From the human T2T-CHM13v2.0 reference genome, Homo sapiens: 64,000 nucleotides of DNA. The position numbers and the translations under genes were made by a program. Below, piece by piece: positions 29,800 to 45,491 of this stretch; positions within the stretch are counted from its first letter, which is position 1; each line of letters opens with the position of its first letter. The notes under the pieces were generated by a model, which was given only the letters and a program-made list of their open reading frames with translations, was not told where the DNA came from and did no database searches. The stretch lies in the NCBI RefSeq assembly GCF_009914755.1, contig NC_060930.1. The stretch is one strand, 5' to 3'.

Positions 29800-30909
29800 C
29801 GCTAGTCCCATTGGATTATGTAAAGCAGACTCTGTCTTATCAAGAAGGTTCCATTTGAGAAAACAAATTCTATAATCAGCCTGTTCATAAGCCGTGGTAA
29901 GAAAGTTGGAATTTAAGTGTGATGGGAAAATATCGGGAGCATCATGATCTGAAACAGGCTTTCAAAGACTCCCTCCGAACATCACGTGGAGAACGGCTTG
30001 CCACAGGGGTGGCAGGCAGCTATGGTGTCCAGGTGTTAGGCTACTGCAGGGATCAGATGAACCATGAAGATGGCCTGACAGGGGGTGGTGGCTGAGGTAG
30101 TAAGAAGTGGTTCTTGATTACTACATAAATAGGGATAAATAAGGAAGGCAGTATTGACTACAAGTTGCAGGGATAAAGTTGACTTCCAGGATTTTCCCAA
30201 ATCATAGAGTCAATCATGGTGCCTGATTTTGTGACTCCAATCTGAGTATTTTTCCTCTGCACTGTGTGGATTACCTAGACATGCTGTGTTCCTGTGGATA
30301 TAATAAACACAGATCAATTTCCCATTAAGTCAGGAGTAGCACCTTTTCAATTGAATGTACAAGCGAACTATGGTATTGTGAGTCATCAGCCACTGTGCAC
30401 AAGTACCACATCATGCACCTATGACCCAGAGAAAGTTATTTGTCTCAAACAACTTTTGGATATGAGAAGAGAATAAGTTGTCAGAATTTGTATTTTATGA
30501 ACATATTTAATTGAAAGGAATGATGGTATGATTTATATAGTTGATCTGATTCCGAAAGCACTGGAAGCAGCATATAGAGTGTTAGTGACCACACAGCTGC
30601 AAACGATGTTTGCTAAAATCAACTTTACAGAAAAATCTTATAGTACTTTTTCCCATTCCCTAAAGTTCACATTTTATGCCTTCTAAAAACATATAGCACT
30701 CTGAACGGAATCGAATCCATGTGCCATTTTCTTGTGGCAGCGGGGAGTGTATTATCTTCACATATGTATTGAGGGTTTATTGGGTTTACTAGACGGGTGG
30801 TGTTGGGGATACACACTGCATCTTGGTACCATGCCCATTGTAAGCGGATTCTCCAGTCACATATCCAAGCTCACCAGCCACTAAGGGCCTGGTCAATTTT
30901 ACATGAACA

Positions 30910-31123
30910 CAGTAAGTCCTCATTTAATGTCGTCAGCAGATTCTTGGAAACCGTGACTTCTTTAAGCAGGAAGTTGTATAATGAAACAACTTTTGTTCTC
31001 ATCAATGCTATAACAAAGCTGCATATTGAAGGACATGACATTATTTGAGGACCTGCTGTACATGGTTTTGCTTACAGTTTCAGTTTCTAAGACCTACCGA
31101 TGGAATTAAGTGAGGACTTATTG
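30910..31123. mobile_element. MER6-family TcMar-Tigger MITE
   Basis: TIRs cagtaagtcctcatttaa / ttaagtgaggacttattg; internal gaggacctgctg. Confidence 0.7.
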
Positions 31124-32329
31124 CACTTGCCAAGGGAAAAACTAAAACAAAAGAAATAACAACAAAAAATAAAAAATAAAAAAAGGGAACAAAATAAAAA
31201 ACCTTTCCTCCTCAGAGTGACTGTAGTCCAAGTGTCTCCACCACCTCGAACTCCCTTCTCTGGCTACTTCCAAAGACCATTTTGAGAGACATGTGAAAGA
31301 GGCAGAAACAAGGAACCATACAGTCACGTAATCTGGAAGAAGGATCAGTATCCTCCTGTGACCACGGCTTACTCTGGTATGTGTAGGAAATCTCTTCCTG
31401 CTCTAGCAAAACATCACTGCCATTAATACTTTCTTCTCCCTTTATCTCTTTTATTTCTTTTTTGGTAACAGAGGAGAAAGATTAAGTGTTGGTCTGAATT
31501 GTTCTGAATAAAGTGCATTGGAAACAAACAGCCACAAGACAAGGTGGCTTGTGGGTCAAGGAAACTCACAGTCTAATAAAAAAGTAGAATATAGGCAGTC
31601 TTTAATTCATTTTTCTTGATTCAAGGAGAACTATGTTTCATTTGTCCTGATTCTATTCTTATAAAGTAAAATATGAACACTTTTGTGAACCATTGAATGA
31701 CAATGTAAATCATTTTAGCCTTTAGAAAGTATACTTCGGGGGACAAATTAACTAGACACATTCTTTATGTGGACTCAGTGATCAAATACATTATGCTATT
31801 CTAATTTGTGCTAAAAAATTAAATTATTAAATACTGTTAATTCGTATCTGGCAGCAATAACCTTTATAACTAAATTCCTCTAAAATATTTTCCCACGGAG
31901 TCAACACTGCATACAAAAGCTGCTTAGTACAAAAGTTTAAAAAAAATATTTCCCACATATTCTGATTAAGTCTCAGCAATAACATTTTCAGCATGTGGAT
32001 GTCAAATTAATATGGAATAGAATTCCCTTCACATGATAAAAACTAACATTTCATTCATCATCCATTCAATAATTATCTATGAAGCACCTTGTTTTTGCCC
32101 CAAAACTATGCAAGAAGCTAGTATTACTTTTCTGTTTATAAATCACGTTTATCTGTAGTGTGATATTTGCATTTCATTATAACTTTTAGAAGTAAGTATA
32201 CTTATAAATGTCACTTTTGATAGTAGGAAACTATCTCGAAGGCTTGGAGAAATTAAGCGACTTACCCATGGTCCCCCAACAGAATAAATATTAGAATTAA
32301 TCTTTGGTTACAGTGCCCATTCTCTTTCT

Positions 32330-32645
32330 TTCGTTTTCTTTTCTTTTTTTTTTTTTTGAGACAGAGTCTCACTCTGGTGCCCAGGCTGGAGTGCAGTGGC
32401 GCAATCTTGGCTCACTGCAACCTCCGCCTCCACCTCCCAGGTTCAAGCAATTTTCGTGCTTCAGCTTCCTGAATAGCTAGGATTACAGGCGCCTGCCACC
32501 ATGCCCAGCTAATTTGTGTATTTTTAGTAGAGATGAGGTTTCACCATGTTGGCCAGGATGGTCTTGCACTCTTGAAACTGTGTGGTCGGCCCGCCTTGGC
32601 CTCTCAAAGTGTTGGGATTACAGGCATGAGCCACTATGCCCGGCC
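32330..32645 (-). mobile_element. AluS SINE (first of tandem pair)
   Basis: TSD ccattctctttct. Confidence 0.9.
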
Positions 32646-32659
32646 CCATTCTCTTTCTT

Positions 32660-33127
<468 letters not shown>

Positions 33128-33267
33128 TAGAGCCAACCTCAGACCTTCTTCCTACTTTTAGATTCCCAGGAGTCAATACAGTTTGGCACATCATAGGTAC
33201 TTCACACATTTTCACTGACGCTCTGAATGATTCACAAGAATAACACAAACTTTCAGGAGTTTACTAC

Positions 33268-33414
33268 CTGCTTAATGGCTTCTGCCCTACTAAGAGGTGG
33301 TTGAGGACTTGGCTCTAAATCCGGCTGGACTGCAGAAAGCCAGGCCTGGCACTGCTGCAGGGTGTCTTGTCGGCTGACGTGCTTCTGAAGTTCGTGTTCC
33401 AAACTCTGGTACAT
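33268..33414 (-). CDS. SYNE1: SYNE1 exon ~74 (MYQSLEHE...AIKQ), 147 nt
   Basis: tctcag|ATG ... CAG|gtagta. Confidence 0.92.
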
Positions 33415-34607
33415 CTGAGACAATACAATCATGCTGAGATTATGAGAACTGCTTTCTACCTCTATAAAGATCATTCAAATTCAATGAAACATGACCAGTA
33501 CATCTAAATGGATTTTCCCCCCAAGATTCTGCAATTTCATCTAATATCTAAGGCAGTTGTATGTCTCCCCAGATGTTGCAAAATGCAATGCCTATACCCC
33601 AGTTGATAACTTCTCGGACCACACATCACAGTGTAATATCCGGATTAGGGGAAGAGAACATGAGCAGGGTAAATATAACCGTAGAGGCATGCTAGAATAC
33701 ATAAAATCATTGAAGTTAATTGTCATAAACATAAGTCAGAGGTTTTTGCAGCTTCTCTTCCTATGGTATAAATATTGCACTTTTTGTTTAAGCTAGCAAC
33801 TAAAAGTAAAAATAAAAAATGATCTCAAAAAAAGATAACCAATGTTTCTCTAACTGAGATGCTTCTGCAATAGAGATAGGGTAAAATTTGAACTAAATTA
33901 TAACATGAGGAGTGGAGAGGTGGATGTCCTCACTTCATCTTAGAAGTTATGTTCCAGGGCAAAAATAATCCAGAATAATTCATACATTTTCTGATATGTC
34001 TATTTAATTAATTAATCCTTAACAAGCCAACCAATTTTCATTTTATCCATAAGACATATTAAGAAAAATTATGTGTCTATTTGAGATCAAGAGAAAATAT
34101 ATCTGGGATGTTTCCATTTAGGAAAAAGGAAAAAAGAAGGAAATTAGTTTAACCTGGCATTTCTTTCATTATTGAGACAATAGAAGCAATCATTGAATTC
34201 TGCTTTTCTCTGTCATCTTTTAAATTCATCACTTTCGTCTGACATTGGGTTTATCCCTTATTTATTCTTATTCCAAGCAGAATTTTTAAAAGAATGGTGT
34301 TTTGTTCTCTTTATCACTTTTGCAAACTTTAATTATGAAGTTCTGATTATGTTCTTAGAATTTCATCCACTTTTTAAATTTTAAAAATTATGTTGGCTTT
34401 TCCAACATCCACCAATTAAAACAAATTAAACTGTATCCCTAATACAAAGAAAATGTCCACTGTGAAGGAAGACAGTGTGCAAGAAATCTCTGTTGAATGA
34501 GTGAACGAATGAACTCACCAGAAAGTTCTATGTGTAGCCTCATTTTCTCTCTTCACTCCCCCTTTTCTCCCCTTGTCATCATTTTCAATTATTTATTAGA
34601 TTCTTGT

Positions 34608-34871
34608 AGTCCTCTTTTGTTAACCTTTGAAGGTGATTTTTTTTTAAGTCTAGGAAGTTGACTAATGTCACCCAGAATTTTTTTTATTATTATGGTGAAC
34701 ACGGACCATTCTAACCACATCACTGATGTATCACCAGTTCTTTTTGTTAACCTTTGAAGGTGAATTTTTTTTTTTAAGTCTAGGAAGTTACTAATGTCAC
34801 TCAGAATTTTTTTTATTATTATGGTGAACATGGACCACTCTAACCACGTCACTGGTATATCATCAGTTCTT
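34608..34871. repeat. ~128-bp tandem duplication (2 copies)
   Basis: ttttgttaacctttgaaggtga...aagtctaggaagtt...atggtgaaca...ctaaccac occurs twice. Confidence 0.9.
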
Positions 34872-35243
34872 ACTGGCTAGTCCAGTAAACAAAAATACAC
34901 AGAATACTAAGTTTAAAGGCTTATAAAAACTCTTTTTAGTGTCATTTAAAAATTCTAGAATAATAGAAAGCAATTTACCTATTTTAGTAAGTTTTTGTTA
35001 AAATAGCCATTCTTACCCCTCTTACACTTATTTCTAAAACATTAAGAATTCTGTTTTAGTGGAAGTACACCCACTTAAGTGTAAGTCATATTTGTCAGTT
35101 ACTCGTTTCTCAAATTCTATATGAATGCAAACAAATATTGATTTAGATTAGAACCCAGGCTGCATACAGTTAAAAAGAAAATAATTATTGTGAAAAATAT
35201 GAAATAAATTTACTTTTGTGCTACAAAATAAATGGAAAATTAG

Positions 35244-35696
<453 letters not shown>

Positions 35697-35729
35697 TAAA
35701 CAAATTGGATAAAACAATATCTGAAATTC

Positions 35730-36047
<318 letters not shown>

Positions 36048-36245
36048 TCACATCAATCAAATACAAAATATGTTAGTTTTGTGTTCACATAGCAACTGTG
36101 AAATTTATCCTCGTATTTCCTGTCTGGCAACACACCAAAACGAATCCAAAGATTTGAGCATCGATTCTATTTGTAAAAAGTCTCTAGACTGCACAGCCTC
36201 TCCCCATAATTCCTTGTCACTGTGGAATGTTCTGGGGGCACTCAC

Positions 36246-36422
36246 CCTCTGAGCTGTGCTGCAGATCGCTGAGTAGCTGTCCTTTGTGCCCTGCAGATGA
36301 GCATGCACGTTTTGTTTAAGTTTCGCTTGCAGGTGGTCTGCACATTGGCCAATCAAAGTATCACCTTTCATTTGAAGATTGTTCAAACGGTCTTCAAAAC
36401 CAGCAATTTCTTCCATCATTGC
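36246..36422 (-). CDS. SYNE1: SYNE1 exon ~73 (AMMEEIAG...STAQR), 177 nt
   Basis: tttgcag|GCA ... AGG|gtgagt. Confidence 0.93.
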
Positions 36423-36793
36423 CTGCAAAAGTGAAACCAATACAGAGTTTTCAGAATTCTACTTTTAAGTAACTTATCCATCAAAGTTTAAGATAGATTA
36501 TTTCACTGTTTAATATTGTTTTTGAAAGAATCTTGCAATTTACCTTAGTTATATATTAAATGAAAACAAAAGCACATGTATGTTTTCAGGGATACTCCAA
36601 GAGGAAGAGTCAATGAGTTTAAGAGATTAGTTACATAAGGAATGATGAAGTAACCTTTAACACTAGAATGTGTTCATGGCTGGTCTCAGAGAGATAATAC
36701 TCCATGGTATTATTACCAGACAAAAAGATGTCCCTATATTTTTCAGGTTAATAAGTTATAATTCTGGCATAATTTTTATCTAAAACAATCTAA

Positions 36794-37226
<433 letters not shown>

Positions 37227-37589
37227 TAATCTAATTCTAGTTTCTGTAATAATGTAATATCTAATTTTTAATTCTTGTAATATCTAACTTACATCTACTA
37301 CTGTTTATAATAATGAAAATAGCATTTAAACTTATCATTTATTAAGTACCTGCTATAGTCCAGGAATTATATATAAGCCTGACGAATGTGTATTATCATT
37401 GTTTTATAGATGAGGAAACTGAATCACAGTGAGGTTGTACAACACAGTCAAGGTATGGCACAGCCCCCAGGCTTTAGACACAGCTCGGCCTGATTTCACC
37501 TCACACCACCATGTCCACTTGCATTCTTTAGTGAGCATTCTTATAGATGACTCAGGGAAGAATAACTTATTTTTTAAAAATCACGTTCT

Positions 37590-37919
<330 letters not shown>

Positions 37920-38868
37920 ATCAAGTTCTAGTGTTTTTTTTTTTTCCTGTTATATGATGCTAATGACAAGTGACACAATCCAACATAGGGTAGCCTGGGT
38001 AACCCATCATTATATCTATAGGAAACCTGGGTGGCCCTTCAGCAGTCCAGGGTCTACAAACAGCGCTGGGCTAGCAGTTATCATATATGCTCAGTTGAAA
38101 AGAACCACTCTGTCTCTGAGTTGGAACAGAACCACTCCATCATGAGGCCATTCATGGGGTAGACTACCTTCTGGATTGTCATCTCCTCAGTGCCTACCAG
38201 AAGGTATTGTGTAGCTACTTTTTTATTCATATTTGTTAAATAAAATCCTTTCTTATAGACAGAAATGTTGCAGCCCAGAGGGGCTAACTGGCTTTCCTAA
38301 GACGCACTGTCAGACACTGACCACATGATGAGTAAACTTGTTTTCCATTAAGATCACAAATCAGTTGCTCCATGAAATTGTGACCATAACGTCTATCACG
38401 TGGTAAACACGATTACTAAAAATACATATTATTAAGTTCTTATCTTGATAGATTTAAATAGTGCTTTTAGCCTATCACCTATATCAAAGATAAGAACTCC
38501 TCATATTAGTTTTGTACTTTGTGATTTACAAAATGTCTTCACAAATATTATCTCCTGTGATTAGCACAACAATTATGAGATGGGCTGGTATTGTTATCAT
38601 CCTAAAGGAGAAAGGACAGACTCAGATAGGCTAAGTTGTCTCTCCAGGAAGGGGAAGAGTCCAGCCTAGAATCCAGACTTTCTGATGCCTTTGGCTGCAT
38701 TTTCTAAAATAGATTCCATAAAGACTAAATTCTGAGATAAAAATTATTAGCTGGGGGAAATGCAGCAATGTGTTCAGAAGTTCAACGCGAGGATTCAACT
38801 CTTCTTGATTCACTTGAATATCAAGTTCAATTGTTGTCAATTGTCAGAAGTGCTTGAGACTCAGACCT

Positions 38869-39211
38869 TCATATGGTTTGGCTGTCTCCCCACCCAAATC
38901 TCATCTTGAATTCCTACGTGTTGTAGAAGGGACCTGGTAGGAGATAACTGAATCATGGGGACAGCTCTTTCCTGTGCTGTTCTCATGATAGCAAATAAGT
39001 CTCATGAGATCTGATGGTTTTAAAAAGGGGAGTTTCCCTGGAAATGCTCTCTTCTGTTGTCTGCTGCCATGTGAGATGTGCCTTAACCTTTCACTGTGAT
39101 TTTGAGGCCTCCCCAGCCACAAGGAACTGTAAGTCCAACAAACCTCTTTCTTTTGTAAATTGCCCAGTCTCAGGTATGTCTTTTTCAGCCATGTGAAAAC
39201 GGACTAATACA
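38869..39211 (+). mobile_element. THE1A/B (MaLR) solo LTR
   Basis: atatggtttggctgtctccccacccaaatctcatcttgaatt ... ggactaataca; 5-bp TSD gacct. Confidence 0.88.
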
Positions 39212-39354
39212 GACCTGATTCTCTCAGTACAATCATTATAAACCAGAGATGCACCTGTGTGTGCACCCCCACACATGCACACACATGCACAGACACATGC
39301 GTACACACACTGGTGAAGCCATCCCAAAGGCAGCCCTTTAAAGGTCAGGGGTAC

Positions 39355-39522
39355 CTTGTGGTGGGCCAATTGCTGGGTGATTGTCTCCAGGCTGCTTGTC
39401 TCCAGGAGGTCAGGTGCCACCAGTCTGCCAGACATCTGCAGCAGCCACTTTTCGACCTCTTGGAGCTCACTGTTGTAGTCTTCATGGTCTTTGACTTTCG
39501 CCTCCAGACTGAAGACATGCTC
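39355..39522 (-). CDS. SYNE1: SYNE1 exon ~72 (EHVFSLEA...LAHHK), 168 nt, probable cassette exon
   Basis: tttgcag|GAG ... AAG|gtaccc; symmetric phase 0. Confidence 0.9.
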
Positions 39523-39804
39523 CTGCAAAACCAGGTGTCCATCAGAGATGACTTTCAAGTGAAAAACCTACTCAAAACTGTTTTGTATTACAAAAACCCA
39601 GTGCAACTCACAGGGTAGTTAGAGCTACTTAGAAAACTACCAGGAATGGAAAACAACATAGTCATTATGCCAATTAAATATCCATCTGAATAAAAAAAAA
39701 TACTAACCCGTACCAGGCCTTAAAATTACATGACAGAGAGAAAGGAGTCAGGGCCCACATTTTGGAAAATAAACCCTTTTACGGAGTCTTTCATCTCTCC
39801 TTAC

Positions 39805-39957
39805 CTTTCCTATGCTGCACAGGTCCTGGTAATCACTTTGAAGTTGATCTATTTTGTCCTTTAAAGTGACGTCCTGCACCAGTTCCAAAAGAGCTTCACC
39901 CTTCTCTCTCACTGACTTTACTGATGGTTCATGGGACAGCACCGTTTGTTGAAGTGA
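39805..39957 (-). CDS. SYNE1: SYNE1 exon ~71 (SLQQTVLS...CSIGK), 153 nt
   Basis: aattcaag|TCA ... AAG|gtaagg. Confidence 0.92.
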
Positions 39958-41213
39958 CTTGAATTACAAAGAAAAAAAAATGAGCCTGCTCATCTCCGTG
40001 GACAAGATGAATACATACATATTCCCATGGTATGCAAGAGATGATCTACCTCAAAGAAAGATTGTTCATATTTATGAAGCAATAGGTGCAAGACATTAAA
40101 GAGAGAGTGATTTATTAAGACGAATACAGTTTCTAAATACAACAGCAGAGTCACACATCAAATGGCCCTTCCTATGTGGAGATAAAAGGATGGGAAATAG
40201 TTATATTTGTCTAAATTAAATATAGTTTATATTTCTGGCTTCTACCTTATTCCTTTCATCAGAGAAAAAAAATCTCAACATAAAAAGGCCACTATCTTTT
40301 GATTTTGAGTTCATGAAGTTAGTTCCAGTTTGAGCTATTTATGGAGTTAGAAAGAACAATTCCAGTTGTGACCTTGCTGAGATAGGCTAAAGGCACTATT
40401 TAAATCTATCAAGAACTCAGTGGCCAGGAGGAAGAGGTTGTGATTCTTATATGGCCTCTTCAAAGACAAGTTGTCGGGCTTGGCAGAGAAGCCAAGGATA
40501 GAAATAGACATTGGCTGGAAGAGGCCGTCACAGAAGCTTCCAACAGGGAAAGCTTTGGGGTAAGCCAGCACACTGTAATCCTTAAAAGGTATCACTCAAT
40601 CATCCAGATCAAATTTATAACACAAATTATTCCACATATAAGCTTGCATAATTGCTTCAAAAATTTGAGTGGGTGAAGTACCTGTGTCTATGTCATGTAT
40701 AGCTATAGCCACATCACTATTTATTCTTTCAAAAATCAGTTTCTAAGGAACTTAGCTCGAGTTTGTTAACTAGAACTTATTTTCTTATAAATATGATATG
40801 TCATTTTCAATTTACCATAGGTCAGTTTCTAGCCTTAGGTACCAGAAGATGAAGGGAAGCCTCAATATGGGAAAGATATGGGATCCTGATGCCAGCAAGA
40901 TTTTACCTGGAGGATCCAAATACCTGGCTCACGCATCAGAAAAGGTCTTCATTGATTGACAGATACGTACAATCAATAAATATATTGATACAATCTTTGA
41001 GTATCAGATCTCTGAATGCAAAAATAACTCTGAGGTAGTGGATTTAACCCAATAAATCTCCATAGGTCATGGCATCACTGGTCAGCTGCAGAACGGACAC
41101 ATGCGGGATGCATTCCAGCAGCTGTTACGGGTGACACCCAGCAAGAATCACCTCCCTCCCATTTGGTCTCTGTGTGACCTCTGCATGCATCTGTCAATGA
41201 GTAAACACACTAC

Positions 41214-41540
41214 CTTGTATTTAGATAACTGAGCTTTTTTCTCATATAATTCCATTTTGGGTTCTTCAGGAACATGTAGAATTTCCTGGTATTCTGCTAT
41301 CCACTGTGTCAGTGCTTTGCATTTATCTGAGAATTCCTTTGCTAAATGAAGACCTTTTTCCAGCGTCATGTGTTCTTTCCGGACAGTGCTGGTCAGTTCC
41401 TTCAACTGCTCCATGTGATCATGAATCTCCTTTCTTAACCTCTCTGCCTCGCCTTCCTCCAAGTATTTAACAGCCCTCTCTCCTTTCTCCCGGGCTGATT
41501 TCAGCAAACTGTGACCTTTCTCCATGTCTTTGAGCAAAAC
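41214..41540 (-). CDS. SYNE1: SYNE1 exon ~70 (VLLKDMEK...LSKYK), 327 nt
   Basis: ttttcag|GTT ... AAG|gtagtg. Confidence 0.93.
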
Positions 41541-41556
41541 CTGAAAAAGAGAGTGA

Positions 41557-41957
<401 letters not shown>

Positions 41958-42449
41958 TAAGTTGTTGACATTCATAACCAGATTTGACGTGCCAGGAATC
42001 AGGAACCTTGGCTTCTTTATTTCAATATAGGTTCTAAAAGTCTTGATCAATATATCATTTCCAAATCAGAGACTTGAAAAAGAACTTGATGTTTCTCTCA
42101 TCCTTAGCAATCTCCTTCTAAAGACCTGAGTTTAAACTCTTTACAAGCACTGGGCCATTAATTTGAGAGAGAAAGTTTTCTCTTAATATTGAAGTGTCAC
42201 ACTGGAATTCAGTGAAGACTTTCATGGGTGTCCATGTGTAAGTCATTCTGATAACAACACATCATCAATAAGTGAAAGCTAGCTTTTGGCCTTAAGGAGC
42301 CAACTTAGTATTTCAAGTAAAATGATGAGCTCAGGATCACCAATCATAATGGTTGGGATGATCACCTGTGTTTCCAGTATCTATGCAGGAGAATGGGGCA
42401 GCTTGGTGAACGGAAAGGTTGGATACAAATCTGAAGTATGCGTGCCTAC

Positions 42450-42620
42450 CTCCAACGTCTTCAATTTCTTCCCCATCATTACTGTATCTACTTTGTCAAT
42501 CTTGGTAGCCACATTCTTGAAGTTTTTATGAGTAGAGCCATACCAATCAGAATAGGAACTGAGGGATGATTCTGATTCCTCCAAACTCTGAATCTCCTCC
42601 TCCAGGAATTTTATTTGTTC
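42450..42620 (-). CDS. SYNE1: SYNE1 exon ~69 (EQIKFLEE...LKTLE), 171 nt
   Basis: ttcatag|GAA ... GAG|gtaggc. Confidence 0.92.
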
Positions 42621-42775
42621 CTATGAAAGAAAAGAGAAAATTGAATGGTGAAGTAAAGGCCTGTGCCAGGGCCTTTGTTGATGAATATGTATCTTCACTG
42701 GATGTTAGTGAAAGGAAGGCTATTTTGGCTGGCGAAGTTTGCTGGTCTATGCTGAGCACCTGGTGACCCACTCAC

Positions 42776-42931
42776 CAGCACTTGGAGAAGCAGGGCCTGG
42801 TATCTGGAAGTCAGCTGGGTGGCCTGGCAACCCATTCTGCTGTTCACGTGGCTCTCGTCCAGTATCTCCTGAGCTCTAGCTCCCACTTCCTCAACTTCAT
42901 CTCTGTATGCAGTCACTTCTTCGTGCCACTT
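42776..42931 (-). CDS. SYNE1: SYNE1 exon ~68 (KWHEEVTA...LLQVL), 156 nt
   Basis: atttcag|AAG ... CTG|gtgagt. Confidence 0.92.
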
Positions 42932-43160
42932 CTGAAATGACAAAGTATCGAAGGGAAAGATTCAATCTTAGCCATTCGAATAAGCCAAATGTATATCTTC
43001 TTATAGGAAATGGTTTCAGTGTAGGTTTAGAAGATGTTTATTTTGAGATTTAATTTTGAAAATGCCATATGTTATCTTCATAAATATTATATTACAACAA
43101 TGTGATACAAACTGTACACTTGAGTTGGATAGTTTTCTGTATCTATTACACTTCAATTCA

Positions 43161-43350
<190 letters not shown>

Positions 43351-43845
43351 AACATGAAAACAAAGTGGCATAATTTTTTAGACCTCCTATTGTACCTAGA
43401 TCAATTTTAAAATGGGTGGATAATGAAAATAAATTCCTAAGGCTCAAGCATTATTTTAGATGTGTGCACTAAAATTGCATAAAACTTAGAATAAAACTAA
43501 TTCTCAAGTACTATTTCAATGAACTATATTGGAGCAATTTCATATCAGAACCATAAACTTAAATTATTGTAATACAAGCATTCATGTATCTTCACAAAAC
43601 AAGGTAATAGGGTATGGAAAGAAAATATAAAATGGTTACATTAAACTACCTTGTATCAAAGACTAATTTATGAAATAATTGCTGTAAGAGGAATGCTCCA
43701 TTGTGATTTATTTTAACTTTCTAGGTAATCAAAAAGATTTTGCAAAGCCTAAGCTTTGGATAAAAGTTACTAAATATCTTAATGAAACAAACTATGCAAG
43801 GTAACTGTAGCTTTGACAAAGATCAGGAATCTACATGAGTTGTAC

Positions 43846-44163
43846 CTTCATCTGATGTAATTGTATCTCCTTGGTTGCCCTGTTAGACTGACGTCTGGTC
43901 CTGGGACTAACTTTCTCCTCTGCTGTTTTGAGCCATTCATCTACTTGCTGAAACTTTTGCTCCATTAGCCTCAATTTGTTCACCACGTTATTGAACTGAG
44001 TTCGAGTCTCGGACAGCCTGTGCTGGTAAGCCTGCCAGTCTTGCCGGAGAGACTCTAAAGCCCGGTCCTCTGCCTGTGGGATACCTGATGGGATCACATC
44101 CTCTCTGGTGTGCAGCACTGAGTTCAACAGGGCCTGCCCCTCTGCACAGTGTACCTGTAGCTC
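43846..44163 (-). CDS. SYNE1: SYNE1 exon ~67 (ELQVHCAE...LHQMK), 318 nt
   Basis: tctgcag|GAG ... AAG|gtacaa; possible internal donor at 43912/43911. Confidence 0.92.
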
Positions 44164-45281
44164 CTGCAGAGAAAAAGGTATGGCTGTCACTCTCAATCAT
44201 ATTTCACACTTGCATGGGTTAGCATGTCTTGCCCAAGCCAACTGTGCCCACTTGAACTTCTCATTAGAAAAAAATGATTTTATTATTATGCCCTATACAA
44301 AAATATGTCCCTAACCATATTTTCTCCGAAGTCAGAAGGATTCCTAAAACTTTTTCAATTAAAATAATCAACATACACACACACACACCCCAATATTTTT
44401 CTCAATCAACAGTTTCCCAAATTTGACTTTTTAGCTAACAGGCAAAAACACTTGTGAATAAAGGGCTATTGTTTAAAAGAATGACCTAGGCTTATTATAG
44501 CTCATAATCTGCTTAAAGTGACTTAAGCTTCTTGCTTTGACATTGAATAGCTCAGTGCTACATTTGTGACTGAGAAAGAAACAATGAACCTTCTGCTTCC
44601 TAAGGAGGAATCTTTTGCCAAAGCTGTACTCTAGGCATTGTGGTGGCCAAGAAAATTTGAAACTGGAGAGTGCAGGGCACACAAACTTGGGAAATTGGTT
44701 CATCACACCTGCCCACCAGGTGCTCTGAGGTGCAAATAAATTTCCTCCACCAAAGCCTAAACCCCAAAGATTTACCCTACAAATTTAGTATAAATCAAGT
44801 TTTGAAGAGCATATGCTATTTTTTATAGGACAAAAAGAATCTTATATCCTTAAAGATATTGGTAAAACAACATGGCACACTTATATTTCTGGTGATAAAC
44901 ATAAATCTATACTGTCACTTGATCTGATCACCCAAAGTAAAATAAATCAAGTCAAATCCCATCAACAATGTTAAAAATATCAGTATATGTAGTTAAAACA
45001 TAGTATTTCTCAATACTATATTTTAAAAACCACTTAAGATTGCTAAAATATTTTTCTTACAAAAATAACATTCTCACATGGTTTCAACTAATAGAAAATT
45101 TTTCTTCAAATATGATGTCACTTCAAGCACAGTATAATGTAAAGACATATGCACATGGAAGGAGAAGAACTATAGATATACATGGTAAAATATTAATCAA
45201 ATTGGCAACAAATACATAAACTTTATTCTAAAATTCTTAGACTTTTTTTCAAGATAATTTTTTATAATTATTTTCCTAATT

Positions 45282-45491
45282 CAAGGTTGGCAAACTTTTT
45301 CTATGAAAGGCCTGATAGTAAATAATTTGGATCTTGTGGGCCATAGGTCTCTGTTGCAATGACTTAACTCTGCCATTGTAGTATGAAAAAAACCACAGAC
45401 GATACATAAATAAATGGGTGTGGCTGCATTCCAATAATATTTTATTTAAAAATACAGACACTGTGGCCCTGGACAGTAGTTGACTAATCTA
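45282..45491 (+). mobile_element. MER58A-like hAT MITE
   Basis: caaggttggcaaactttttctatgaaaggcc...gggtgtggctgcattccaataa. Confidence 0.8.

Noticed and set aside
34608-34871. Repeat resembling an array
   Set aside because: Two-copy tandem duplication without spacers; not CRISPR; eukaryotic context
39091-39354. Exon ~72 frame reads through ~87 codons into the antisense THE1 LTR
   Set aside because: No obvious poly(A) signal near the stop and the sequence is repeat-derived; likely chance
40420-40566. Plus-strand segment ending in GGG|GTAAGC, possible antisense exon
   Set aside because: Single donor-like motif with no convincing acceptor or partner exon
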